Of a stretch of DNA of 64,000 nt, positions 39,427 to 50,100 are shown piece by piece. This DNA is from Planctomycetota bacterium. GTDB taxonomy: Bacteria; Planctomycetota; B15-G4. The notes beneath the pieces were generated by a model. The model was given only the letters and a program-made list of their open reading frames with translations. It ran no database searches and had not been told where the DNA came from. The stretch's first letter is position 1; each line of letters opens with the position of its first letter. Position numbers and translations under genes: made by a program. The stretch is from positions 4,416,001 through 4,480,000 of the forward strand of contig CBDFJQ010000002.1 of assembly GCA_965248575.1 (NCBI GenBank), read 5' to 3'.

Positions 39427-39444
39427 TATTAGTGAGCGCTTATA
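39427..39444. promoter_or_regulatory. Probable ArsR operator
   Basis: TATTAG-N6-CTTATA imperfect palindrome upstream of the hydrolase-SRPBCC-ArsR operon. Confidence 0.55.
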
Positions 39445-39589
39445 CGCAAGGGCGATTGGAGATTCTCGGAGAGGTTCCCGCCCCGCCCTGTCTCCCGGCT
39501 TCTGCCTAGGCTCCCTCCAAGCGTGCACGCTCACCTATCCACCAGCTTTGGAGGGGCGGGTGGTGAGCGCGTGAGCCTGAGGGAGCGCG

Positions 39590-40504
39590 TCAATTCGCCT
39601 CCGGGACCTTGCGCATGGAACGCTCTAGGAAGCCGAGGACGCGCGACCTGTACTCCAGGGGGGAGGCGTCCAGCAGATTGACATGGCCCGCCTGATCCAC
39701 GATCCATAACTCCTTGGGTTCGCGTGCGGCAGAGAACATCTCCCTGGTTTCAGCAACCGTCGTGTGGCGGTCCTGGCTGCCCGTGGCCAGGAGCACGGGG
39801 CAGCCCACTTGGGCCAAGTGGTCGATGGGTCGCAGCTCTGGACCCGAGACCCCAAGCCGCGGCCCGAGTTGTCCCAACAACAGCTCCGCTGGGACCCATG
39901 AGAACAGGCCGAGTTGGAGGCGCACGCGGTTGTGGACCGCGTCGCGAACACGGGGAAACACGGACTCGAGCACCAAGGCGTCGATGCCCAGGGGTGAGGC
40001 CAAGACAGCTGAAGCACCCCCGAGCGAGACGCCCACGACGGCGATCGGCTCGCCCGGATGCGCCTTTCGTGCGAACTCAACAGCCGCTTGGACGTCGAGT
40101 CGTTCCAGATGTCCGAGTGTGATCTGCTCGCCGGGGCTCTCACCATGCGCCTGAAGATCGATCATCACGATCGAGTAGCCGGCCTCGTAGAACATCCGCG
40201 CCCGCCCCAGCATGAAGAGACGCGAAGCGCGGATGGGGTGAAGCAGGACGATCACGCCGCTGCGGGACCCTGAAGTGATGTGCCATCCAGACAAGGAGGC
40301 TCCGGACTGGTGCGCGATGGACACGGTGATCGCGGGGAGATCGGGCGGCGGAGCCCCAATCACTCGGGGCTGCGGAGCCAGGAGCTGGCTGCCTACGACC
40401 CACGAGGCAACGAGGCCCAAGGGGACCAGGACGAGCAGGCCGACGAGAACTCGACGGAGGACGCGATCTCGTGGGCTGGAGCTGCGCAATGCCGGAAGTC
40501 CCAT
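39590..40504 (-). CDS. Alpha/beta hydrolase with N-terminal TM helix
   Basis: DLQAHGES, GVSLGG, D..T, AGH. Confidence 0.9.
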   Translation of the reverse strand: MGLPALRSSSPRDRVLRRVLVGLLVLVPLGLVASWVVGSQLLAPQPRVIGAPPPDLPAITVSIAHQSGASLSGWHITSGSRSGVIVLLHPIRASRLFMLGRARMFYEAGYSIVMIDLQAHGESPGEQITLGHLERLDVQAAVEFARKAHPGEPIAVVGVSLGGASAVLASPLGIDALVLESVFPRVRDAVHNRVRLQLGLFSWVPAELLLGQLGPRLGVSGPELRPIDHLAQVGCPVLLATGSQDRHTTVAETREMFSAAREPKELWIVDQAGHVNLLDASPLEYRSRVLGFLERSMRKVPEAN

Positions 40505-40546
40505 GAGCGGGGCGATGTCGACGTGCCACGAGCCATGCTAGCTCTC

Positions 40547-40583
40547 GATCCGCAACACGGGAGCCATTGTCTGGCCTATGCTC
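40547..40583 (+). repeat. oriIS-like end motif copy
   Basis: 32/37 identical to 42159-42195. Confidence 0.85.
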
Positions 40584-40648
40584 AACCTGAGGGAGATCAC
40601 AGTGGGCATCCCACCGCCACCCGCCCCTCCATTCATAGGAGTTCGCCC

Positions 40649-41959
40649 GTGCTCAGTCGTTGCCTGCGTCTTCCGGTCCTCGCGCTCACGTTGCTCCTGC
40701 ACGTCCCGGTGTCCGCCGCCGCGGACGTCCTCACGGTGGGCGCGGCCGGCGCCTTCCCGGACATCCAGTCCGCGCTCGACGCGGCTGCCGACGGGGACGC
40801 AGTGCTCATCTCCAGCGGGACCTACGCGTCCTTCCAGGTGCCGGACCTTTCGATCTCGATCGTCTCCGACATCGGGCAGACCGTGATCGTCGAAGGCACC
40901 GTCTCCGTCCCCAACCTCGCGGCCGGACGCACGTTGCTCTTGAGTGGTCTCGAGGTGAACGGCGCCAGATCACTCGCCGGATCGGAGGAGGCGTTCGTCC
41001 TGTCGGGCCTCGACGGTTCCGTGCGCATCCAGGATTCCGTCGCGCGCGGCGCGTCCGGCGGAGGCGCTGCCGGCGCACGCGCGGCGTCGGCCGTCTCGAT
41101 TGAGGGCTGCGCCGATGTGGGGCTCTCCGGGTGCAGCCTCTTCGGTGGGATTGGGATGTCACCGTCCTCCGGTGGAGGTGCGGGCCTCGCCGTGTCATCC
41201 GGCTCGACGGTGTCCCTGGTCGAGTGCGACGTGCAGGGTGGCCGCGGCGCAGACGGCGACGGCGACCCGGTCGCGATGTCGTTCAGCGGCGGGAACGGCG
41301 GACACGGCCTGTCCGTCGACGAGGCGCTGCTGTTCGTCGCGGGCTCGACCCTCAACGGGGGCGACGGAGGCGACGGCGCGTCGTTCTTCGACCCCGGGTG
41401 CAGCGGCACGCGGGCCGGCCCGGCCGGGGACGGCGGGTCCGGCATCCGAGTGGACGGGCTTAGCTCCCGCATTCGCTGGCGGGGGCTGGCCTTCACTCCC
41501 GGGCAGCCGGGCGCCGAGGCCTCGTCCGACCCCTCCTGTCCCCGGCCGACTCCCGCCGTCGCCGGCCAAGAGATCCTGGTCGTGGCGGGATTCGTGATCG
41601 AGCTCCCGGGGACCCAGCCGACGATGTCCTTCCCCACGGTGCTGCGCCAAGGCGAGATGACGTTCGTGGAGTTCACGGGCAACCCCGGTGACTTCGCGGT
41701 GGGGATCTACCACCTGCTCCCCGAGCAGCTTTGGGTCGCGGGTGTCGGGCAGTTGCTGGTCTCCCTCGATCCACCCGTGCGCATGAAGTTCTTCGGGTCC
41801 ATCCCCGCCTCGGGTTTCCTCATCTTTCCGAAGACGCTGCCGGTGCTCGTACCCAGCATCGACTCCATCCGGTTCTACTCCCAGGCCCTCTCCGTGAACG
41901 GCCGCACGCTGACGCTCGGGACGCCGATCGGCCTGGTGCTGCTCGATCAGTCGCTCTAG
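40649..41959 (+). CDS. Secreted Gly-rich beta-helix-like protein with divergent C-terminal domain
   Basis: FPDIQSALDAAADGD...GTY; GG.GG repeats; YSQA near the C-terminus. Confidence 0.8.
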   Translation: MLSRCLRLPVLALTLLLHVPVSAAADVLTVGAAGAFPDIQSALDAAADGDAVLISSGTYASFQVPDLSISIVSDIGQTVIVEGTVSVPNLAAGRTLLLSGLEVNGARSLAGSEEAFVLSGLDGSVRIQDSVARGASGGGAAGARAASAVSIEGCADVGLSGCSLFGGIGMSPSSGGGAGLAVSSGSTVSLVECDVQGGRGADGDGDPVAMSFSGGNGGHGLSVDEALLFVAGSTLNGGDGGDGASFFDPGCSGTRAGPAGDGGSGIRVDGLSSRIRWRGLAFTPGQPGAEASSDPSCPRPTPAVAGQEILVVAGFVIELPGTQPTMSFPTVLRQGEMTFVEFTGNPGDFAVGIYHLLPEQLWVAGVGQLLVSLDPPVRMKFFGSIPASGFLIFPKTLPVLVPSIDSIRFYSQALSVNGRTLTLGTPIGLVLLDQSL

Positions 41960-42158
41960 CCTTGTCGTCCTGCCGCGCTCGGCAGCGCCTCGGTTGTGAG
42001 TTCCGAAAAGCCGTGCATTTGGCTCAGCATCCCCTTCGGCCACCGGAGCACGGCTTGACCAGATCCCCCCGGCCACGATCGGCCGTGGACAGGGGCGCTC
42101 GCGCCGCGCGCGCATCTCGTGACGTACCTCGGCGTGAGAACTCAGCGGCGGGGCGTCC

Positions 42159-42195
42159 GATCCGCAACACGGGGGGCAATGTTTCGCCTATGCTC
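42159..42195 (+). repeat. oriIS-like end motif copy (closest to consensus)
   Basis: gatccgcaacacggggggcaatgtttcgcctatgctc. Confidence 0.85.
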
Positions 42196-42262
42196 CCGAC
42201 GGCGCAGCGTTGTTCTCGTTGACGTCATAGTCAGGGTGTGCACCACACTGCGGAGAGTCCCG

Positions 42263-42736
42263 ATGTCCATCCGGAAGCTGTTCACCTGCACGCTCGCTGT
42301 GCTGCTCATGGGGGTGACCCTCCAAGGCGTCCTGTTCCAGAGCGCTCAGGCCGGGCCCATGGCTGCGTTCTCCGACGGGCCGGGGAGCCGCGACCAAGTC
42401 GTGGCTGCCCTGCTCGAAGGCATGAGTGTCAACAACGCCGGTGTCGGCGGTTTCGAGATCAGCGGACCGGGCCTCGTGAGCACCCGCGGCCAAGCATCGG
42501 GAACGCTCATCGTCCGCGGCGACCCGGACTTCATCTACAGCGGCAACCTCACGGTCGTCAACTTCGGGAACTCCGCTGTGGCGTTGGCACTCAGCGATGG
42601 AACGCCGCTCATGACCGTGCCGGCCCACGGCTCGTCCACCGTGCGGCCCTACCTCGCGCTTCCGCCCAACGAGCTCGTCTACACCAGCACGGGTGGGACG
42701 TACACCGAGTTTGTGTGGGTGAGCCGCTCGAACTGA
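42263..42736 (+). CDS. Hypothetical secreted protein
   Basis: Signal peptide ending AQA; GGAG upstream. Confidence 0.7.
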   Translation: MSIRKLFTCTLAVLLMGVTLQGVLFQSAQAGPMAAFSDGPGSRDQVVAALLEGMSVNNAGVGGFEISGPGLVSTRGQASGTLIVRGDPDFIYSGNLTVVNFGNSAVALALSDGTPLMTVPAHGSSTVRPYLALPPNELVYTSTGGTYTEFVWVSRSN

Positions 42737-42763
42737 TCGGTGGCTAGCACGCCGGTCGACACG

Positions 42764-43618
42764 TCAGTTTCCGCAGTTGAGTTCGTCCTGCTTTCCCGCG
42801 AGGACGGATTGCATGCACTCCGCGTAGGTGGTCCAGCTGCTATCGGTGATCAGCCCATAGTTCCAGCCGCTGACGCCACGCCATCCGCGGTACATCTTCT
42901 GGACCTTGAGCAGCTCGTTCGCCCGATCCGTCAGCGTGCCATTGCCCACCAGGTTGCCTACGGCGATCTTCTCCGCCGGGATGGCAAGGTCGCTCGTCGT
43001 GCCGTCGGTCAGGAACTTGAATGAGCCTTCGAGGGTGTTGTCGGGCGGTGTGCACTCTCGGCCAGGGCAGTGGTGCCACTGGACGTTCAGCCAGGACAGC
43101 ATCTCGAGCGACGTCCCCCAGCGCTTCTGGTTGTAGTCCCCCAACTGCGACGCGAGGGGTGAGTGGGTCAGGAACTTGCCGGGGATCTTCCCCGAGAGCC
43201 GGACGGTGAATGCCTGTAGGTCGTCCGCGCTGTAGTGATCCTCCACGTCGAGATCGATACCGTCGAGACCAGACCCCTTGCGCCCGATGTTGTTCACGAG
43301 TTGGGTCAGGCTCTCAGCGGCAGCATCCGGGTTGGCAAAGACATAGGCGAAGGTGCCGTTCCCGCCTCCACCGACCATCGCTCCGACGAACTTATTTGTC
43401 TTCTGGACTGCACAGACGGCTTCCCAGAACGACGCGAGATCCGGGTTCGACTTGCCATCCGAGCCATAAACCGGCGTCTGGTTGAGGCTGAGCACTCCGC
43501 TCGTCTTTCCAAAGTGGAATGCCGACAGGAGGACGTGGGTGTAGGAGCTCGTCGCGATGTCGCCCAGGTCGTCCACGCTTTGACCCTGGTAGTAGATGAG
43601 GTTGCAGGGAGTCGTCAT
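42764..43618 (-). CDS. Glycoside hydrolase family 18 (chitinase-like)
   Basis: YTHV, MVGG, LDGIDLDVE (DxxDxDxE). Confidence 0.85.
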   Translation of the reverse strand: MTTPCNLIYYQGQSVDDLGDIATSSYTHVLLSAFHFGKTSGVLSLNQTPVYGSDGKSNPDLASFWEAVCAVQKTNKFVGAMVGGGGNGTFAYVFANPDAAAESLTQLVNNIGRKGSGLDGIDLDVEDHYSADDLQAFTVRLSGKIPGKFLTHSPLASQLGDYNQKRWGTSLEMLSWLNVQWHHCPGRECTPPDNTLEGSFKFLTDGTTSDLAIPAEKIAVGNLVGNGTLTDRANELLKVQKMYRGWRGVSGWNYGLITDSSWTTYAECMQSVLAGKQDELNCGN

Positions 43619-43762
43619 GTCTTTGAGATCCTCTTCCGGTCCTACGCTCTTGCGTCGCCCAGGGAGTTGGGCCAAGCGGGGGAGCGGCGCAACTCAATTG
43701 GTTCCCCTGGTTCAGGAGCGCGCGCTCCTGCCTGTCGACGTAGGTTTCCAAGCCATCCGGTG

Positions 43763-43895
43763 CGGGGGCCGCCGGAGTTGTTTTGAAGCCGCGAGCGGAG
43801 AAGGGTTCCTGGTGGAATCGTGTTCGGACATGGGGTGACAAGCGTCTGGGGGGCGAGGTCGACCATACCGGGGGTTATTGGTTTGCCCTATGCTC
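43763..43895 (+). mobile_element. IS91/ISCR-like end relic: RGPPELF-stop plus end motif
   Basis: cgg ggg ccg ccg gag ttg ttt tga (43763-43786); gggggttattggtttgccctatgctc ending at 43895. Confidence 0.65.
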
Positions 43896-43984
43896 GTGCG
43901 GTTCGGAATCATTTAGTAAGGAAGTCCCTGCGGTCTGTCCGACGGGCCGCACCGTGACTCTTTCTACGAAGATCAGGAGGATCG

Positions 43985-44611
43985 ATGACCCCAGAACAGA
44001 TCGTATCGGCATTGGAGAACCGTGGTTGGACCGCAAGCACTGTCTCCGAGAGCCAGGTCGATGACCTCGTTCGGGTGACCCCAGAGGGGCTGATGAAGTG
44101 CGTCGACGGCCGTCCGTCGGACCACTCCGCCATGAATGGGCCCAAGACTTTGGGCGGCGTCTACGCCATCGCCTCGTTGCGGGGTGTGACTGACCTCGTG
44201 GGTCTGCGCAACATCGTTCGCGAAGTGCAAGACGCGGGTCATGTTCCCTCCGTGCACGGCGACGACCACGCCGAGCCGGCACCCATGGGCTGCGGCTTCT
44301 TCGCGCTCTGGCTCACGGGGCAGCTCACCGGAATTGAGCCACCCAACTACGACTCCGTCCAGGGCCGCTCCGCTGTTCTTGATGCCGGTGGCGTGTACGA
44401 GGAGCTCACTGGCGAGCACGCGGAGACCGAGGTCGTCATCAACCTCGTCCCTGGCATGACCCTCGAGCCGCAGCCCGATCAGCGCTTCGTGGTCGATGGC
44501 TGGATCGCGGCTGCCTTCGGCCTGGGCGTGGGCAACTACCTGGTGTGTGCCGCCCAGACGGTCGAGCTTCTCAAGGGGCCGAGAGTCGCCCGCATCGTCG
44601 CCCCCGCGTAG
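43985..44611 (+). CDS. Zeta-class (CDCA-like, Cd/Zn) carbonic anhydrase, single domain
   Basis: KCVDGR, GPKTLGG.YAIA, PSVHGD, GCGFF; AGGAGG RBS. Confidence 0.9.
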   Translation: MTPEQIVSALENRGWTASTVSESQVDDLVRVTPEGLMKCVDGRPSDHSAMNGPKTLGGVYAIASLRGVTDLVGLRNIVREVQDAGHVPSVHGDDHAEPAPMGCGFFALWLTGQLTGIEPPNYDSVQGRSAVLDAGGVYEELTGEHAETEVVINLVPGMTLEPQPDQRFVVDGWIAAAFGLGVGNYLVCAAQTVELLKGPRVARIVAPA

Positions 44612-44677
44612 GGACGGCACCTAGGGACGCCGCGCGCTGGTTTGAACTGACCGGTTCCAGGCCTGATCTCGCCCCGT

Positions 44678-46762
44678 CTAGTGGCCGCGCTGCGAGGCGA
44701 CGCGCACCTTCTCGAGCAGCTCGCTTGCTTGGACCGGCTTCTTCAGGAAGCCAGCGAAGTCGAGCCCTTCTAGTCGCTGCTTGAGCTGCGCCTCGCCGTA
44801 TCCACTGACGAGCAAAATAGGTACATCTGCCCGAATACGGCGAAGCGCAACGAAGGCCTCCTCGCCGCCCATGCGATGCATGGTGAGGTCGAGGAGCACG
44901 CAGACGATTTCGTCGCTGTGCTCTCGGAACACTTCGATCGCTTCAATTCCGTCCTTGGCTAGCAGAACCGCGAAACCCCTCTCTTCCAGGAGGCTCCGTG
45001 TCACGGTTCGAATCTGAGACTCGTCGTCGACCACGAGAACGGTGCCGGAACCGGTCCAGCGTTCGTCTCGTCGCACGCTCTTGGCCGTTGCTTTGGCGAG
45101 CTCACCCCGAGCCGGAAACAACACCGTGAGTTTCGCCCCACGGCCGACTTCACTCTGGATGTCGATCGCGCCTTTGTGGGCGCGGACAATTCCGAGCACC
45201 GCCGCCATCCCGAGTCCGCGCCCGGTGAACTTGGTCGTGAAGAAAGGCTCGAAGATCCGTCGCTGTGCCTCTTCGTCCATCCCGCAGCCGGTGTCCGCAA
45301 CTTCCAGGTACACGTAGCTGCCTGCGGCGAGTTCGTCATCGACATAGGTGCCGGCGAGGTGGTCCGCCGTGGATTCGATCACGCCGGTCGAGACCGTGAT
45401 GACGCCCCCCTCGTCGCCCACGGCTTCGGAAGCGTTCGTGACAAGATTCATGACCACTTGGCGCAGTTGTGAGACGTCTCCCTCGATGGCAGGGAGATCG
45501 TCCCGAAACTGGTATCGCACCGCGGTTTTCTTCGTGTGAGAGATCTCGAGTAGCTGGGCCATTTCGCTGACCAACTGCGAAACGTCGACGTCTTCGATGG
45601 CCAGGGCGCCTTTCCCCGAATAGGCGAGCATCTGATCGGTCAAGCCTGCCGCGCGCCGGGCCGCGATTCGAATTTCCTGCAGGTTCCTTCTGCCACTAGC
45701 CTCCGGCGCCAGTTGCGACAACGCGACCTCGGCGTTGCCAAGGACGGCTGCGAGGATGTTGTTGAAGTCGTGTGCGATCCCGCCAGCCATCACGCCGAGG
45801 CTTTCAAGCTTCTGCCTCTGCTGCATCTGCCTCTCGACCTGTTTTCGTTCCTCGGCTCGCTTGCGGTCGGTCACGTCGTACGAGATTCCGAGCACCGACC
45901 TGACGCTACGATCCGGCCCGAACTCCGGATACACATGCCAATCGTAGATGCGGGGGCCATCCTCATTCTTCCATTCGAAAACCGCGTCCGAAGGCTCCCC
46001 GGTCTCAAAAACGCGCAGGATGTGCTCCTCCGACAGGCTGCACAGCTTGTCGTCCAGCCCCAACTCTCGATAGGTCTTGCCGATGAACTCCTCTTCGGTG
46101 AATCCAGACAACCTATAGCCTGCAGCATTCTGATACAGATGCCGGCACTGCTTGTCATATCGCGTGATGCAGTCCTGAACGCTCTCCGCAAGCGAGCGGT
46201 AGTCCCGTTCACTTTCCCGGAGGGCCTCGTTGGCTTGGTTGCCGGCGGTTGTGTCGATGGACACGACGATCCCATACTCCATTTGATCGTTGGAGTCGAA
46301 CACAGGAACGATCGTCGAGTGAAACCAGAGTTCGTTTCCTTCGAGATCGTACACAGCCGATTCCTGAGTATGGACCTCACCCGTTTCCTTGGCCTTCTTC
46401 AGATTCGCCACCATCAGGTCGGTGAAGGGCTTGGGGTAAAAATCAAACGGATACGGCTTTCCGTAGAACGACGAGATGTCCTTGATTTGGAGAGCCTCGA
46501 TGCCCGCACGGCTCATGAACTTCAGGTTGAAGTCCGGATCGACGATCTTGGTGCAAACAGGTGAGTGGTCGAGCCAGGCTCGAGGACTCCGCTCCGAGTC
46601 CTCCGACGTCTCCTCGGCTTGCTCGCGGTAAATGGAGAGGTCCGACGCCAAATCCGCATTTCCGCCCGCGGCGACCATCTTTTCGAGCTCGCGAACGTGT
46701 TGCCTCAGGGCTCGGAGCTCTTCGAGGTACTCCGTCTTGGGCTTCTGTAGGTCGTCTCGCAT
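44678..46762 (-). CDS. PAS-PAS hybrid sensor histidine kinase / receiver (CckA-like)
   Basis: AGGIAHDFNN, EPFFTTK..GRGLG, VVDDE...LLD. Confidence 0.95.
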   Translation of the reverse strand: MRDDLQKPKTEYLEELRALRQHVRELEKMVAAGGNADLASDLSIYREQAEETSEDSERSPRAWLDHSPVCTKIVDPDFNLKFMSRAGIEALQIKDISSFYGKPYPFDFYPKPFTDLMVANLKKAKETGEVHTQESAVYDLEGNELWFHSTIVPVFDSNDQMEYGIVVSIDTTAGNQANEALRESERDYRSLAESVQDCITRYDKQCRHLYQNAAGYRLSGFTEEEFIGKTYRELGLDDKLCSLSEEHILRVFETGEPSDAVFEWKNEDGPRIYDWHVYPEFGPDRSVRSVLGISYDVTDRKRAEERKQVERQMQQRQKLESLGVMAGGIAHDFNNILAAVLGNAEVALSQLAPEASGRRNLQEIRIAARRAAGLTDQMLAYSGKGALAIEDVDVSQLVSEMAQLLEISHTKKTAVRYQFRDDLPAIEGDVSQLRQVVMNLVTNASEAVGDEGGVITVSTGVIESTADHLAGTYVDDELAAGSYVYLEVADTGCGMDEEAQRRIFEPFFTTKFTGRGLGMAAVLGIVRAHKGAIDIQSEVGRGAKLTVLFPARGELAKATAKSVRRDERWTGSGTVLVVDDESQIRTVTRSLLEERGFAVLLAKDGIEAIEVFREHSDEIVCVLLDLTMHRMGGEEAFVALRRIRADVPILLVSGYGEAQLKQRLEGLDFAGFLKKPVQASELLEKVRVASQRGH

Positions 46763-47128
46763 GGATGGTGCTTCCTGTGCTCTTGAGTGCGAACGAGGAT
46801 CCCCCGTGAGGACAAAAAGCGCAAGCGGCCCCCCCCCCGGGGGGGGGCACCTCCAAGGACCGCTGGCACGGACTCTCCAGGAGGAGGCCTGAGCCGTGTC
46901 GGGCCCGATCTCCGAGCGGTTCTGTCGGTGAGCAGGTCTGGATGGGGAGTGTGAGTGGATGAACCTGAGATCGATTCGTTCGCTCAGCCCACGGAAGAGT
47001 GCCCGGGCCGGAGGATCTTCTTCGGTGAGCGCTCATCCCGGTGCATGACTCACGGCGATGCGTTGCTAGACTCCGCGGGACACCCACGGCCTTCCCTCTC
47101 CCCAGCCAAGTGCCCGACACGCGCGAGC

Positions 47129-50100
47129 ATGCCCTCACCCGACGATTGGCTGACTTCTGAGCGGCTCGAGATCCTGGCGGAGACCGTCGAGGCGTTTGAG
47201 GACGGCGCACTCGAGAGGGGCCGGCGCTACGCCAACGACGAGCGTGTGACTGGGCTTCGATCGACGACGGACGAAATCCAGGCCTGCGTCTTCGGCGGCT
47301 TGGCCTATGACGTTCGTTGGAAGTGGACGGAAGCTGGCTGGACGCCCTCGTGCACCTGTCCCGTGGCGCCGCGCTGCAAGCACGCCTTCGCCCTCGCGTG
47401 CGTGGTACTCGCAGGTGGGCTGCCCACCGATCTGCTCGAGCTCTCTTGGCTCCGCGACCTCCTGCCGGATCGGTTGGTTCGCCGTCGACTCGAGCGGGCA
47501 CAAACCGCGCAAGAGAGCGAACCCGAGCAGCCGCCTCCCGACGATGGCCGCACGCCCCCGGCGTCGCGTGAGGTGGCAGCCCTCGAACGACTGCGCACCT
47601 GCTCCGACTGGGTCGACCGGGCGAGCGCCCTGGCTGATCTCTTGCGCAGCGATCGACGCCTTGCCTACGCCGCCTTCAAAGCCCCCCTCAGTGATCTGGC
47701 GGAGCTGGAAGATCCTGACATCCGCTGCTTCGTCATCGCTCGCGAGCTCGCCTCGCGCATGGGCACGCGGCTTCCCAGGACGCTCGCTCCCTTTCTGGAA
47801 CGCCCGGACCTGAAGCAGCGCTACGACGCGCAGCTGGAAGACGAGTTCGACGACGACGACGACGAGCCTTGGGCCGGTGAACCTGGTGTCGGTGAATCCC
47901 GGGCCGCTGATCCAAGCTTGCCCGCGACTCACAATCTGCGCATGGAGTTTCAGCTCGAGGGCGATCCACTCGGCGAGGTGATCGTCAAGCTGCAGACGCG
48001 CCTTACGTCCGAGCGTCTCGCCGATGTGCCCCGCACCGGCCTCCAGCTGCATCAGTTGCTGGCCAGGGCAAATCGCAGGAGCGGCGTGTTGCCAGACGAA
48101 CAGCACGAACTGCTGGCCGTGTTGCTCGAAGCGAAGGTGTCTCCCTTCGTCAACCGTCAGGACTCGGCATGCATGCTCTCGGGAGCAGCTCTGGTCCAAG
48201 TGCTGCTCGCGGTCGCAGGGACGCAGCTCGCCACGTGGAGCGATCGGCTCCCTGCGCAGCTCGCCGGCCCCGCGGGCGTCAACCCAGGTGACCCACCGAC
48301 GCTCGACTCCGGGATGGTCGACGTCGAGCCCGTGCTCACCAGTGTGTCCGGTGACCCGCGCGTGGTGCTCGAGCACCGGCTCCCAGAGGGCGCCGTGCTC
48401 ACACCCGGCGAGCGGCTGCTGCTCCGGGCGCGGCCAGGCGTTCACGGCGAGCCCACCCTGCTCCTGACTAGCGGCCGGTTCTGGACGATTCGCGGCGAGC
48501 TTCCGGCGTCCCGATCGGGCTCCGGGCTGTCCGCCTTGGCGGGCGGCTTCGACCCGACCCAGAACCCCGCCCTGCTCGAACCGCTGGCCCGCGCGTTCCC
48601 CGGTTTCCGTGCCTCACTCGCACCCTACACCCGGGTGCATCCGGCCCACCCGACGGTCTGCCTGGACCTCGGGAGCGACGACTGGCTCCAGATCCGGGCC
48701 TTCGCGAGCGCCACCCCTGGCTGGCGTCCGGGCGATGCCGTCTCGACCGACGCCCTGCACTTCGAGTGGACGGGGGCCGGTGGCTGGGTGCCGACTGAAG
48801 GGGACCCAGCGCTCGTCGCCGCCGACGCGTTGAGGGCGACGGGCCCGAGTTCGGGCTCGGGTCCGATCTGGCTCGAACTTCCCGAGCCCGACCGCGTCGG
48901 GCCGGTCGTGTCGTGGCTCGAGTCGCTGGCCGCGATCCACGGCAGCATGCCGCGCGCAGAAGGGGAGCAACCCCTGGCCGGTGAGCGGGACGTGGGCAGC
49001 TGGATGCGCCTCACGCCGAGCACCATCGATCAGCTCGCGGACGCCTGGGCCCTGCGCCCGGCCGACGTCACCTGGTTCGGCAGCGACACGCTGCGCAAGC
49101 TGCTCACGGCACCGGAGCCCATGCTGCCCCAGCTGCGCGTGGCCCCGAGCGGCGTGGATTGGTTCATGGTGTCCGCGGAGTGGGAGGCCGAGGGCGCCGC
49201 TCTCAGCGACGCGGAGCTTGCCCTGATGCGCAACGCGACGTCGCGCTTCGTCCGGCTCTCGTCGGGCTGGGTACGCTCGGACACCGCCGACGCACGGAGC
49301 GCTGGCGACGAAGCCCTGGCCGAACTCGGCATCGAAGCGGGGGGCGAAGAGCAACGTGTCAGTGTCTGGCAGCTCGCCCGCGCACGGCCCGAGGCCCTCG
49401 CCGCCATCTTGGGTCTGGAGACGGGCACGGGTCAGGGCGCGAGTGAGGGCGCGAACGCGGGCGCCCCCGGGAGCGCGAGCGCGTTGGAGGGCGTGCGCGT
49501 CCTGCGCGAAAAGGTTGCAGCCTTCACGGGGCTGCCCCAAGTCGACCTGCCGCCTGGAATCGAGGGCGACCTCAGGCCCTATCAGCGGGCGGGCCTCGAC
49601 TTCCTTTCCCATGCCACCTCCCTCGGGCTGGGCGCGATCCTGGCCGACGACATGGGACTGGGCAAGACCATCCAAGCGTTGGTGTGGTTGGCGCGGCTCG
49701 TCAACCTGCGGCCCGAAGGCGGCCCGAGCCTGGTGGTGTGCCCGGCCTCCGTGCTCCACAACTGGGAGCGCGAGGCGGAGCGCTTCGCCCCGGGCCTGCG
49801 CGTGCTGGCCCTCACTGCCGGCAGCGAACGCCACGCACTTCGGCCGCAGATTCCGGATCACGACATCGTGCTGACGAACTATTCGTTGCTGCGTCGGGAC
49901 CGCGAAGAGCTGGGCGCCATCGCTTGGCGTGCCGTGATCCTGGACGAAGCCCAGAACATCAAGAACCCAGACGCCGCCGTGAGCCGCGCAGCGCGCTCAC
50001 TTCGAGCCCAGCACAAGCTTGCGCTCACCGGCACGCCGCTGGAGAACCGGGCCCTCGATCTCTGGAGCATCCAGGCGTTCTTGAATCCGGGCTATCTCGA

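Noticed and set aside
43713..43730. Perfect palindrome caggagcgcgcgctcctg as terminator or operator
   Set aside because: Single occurrence, GC-rich, no U-tract or linked regulator
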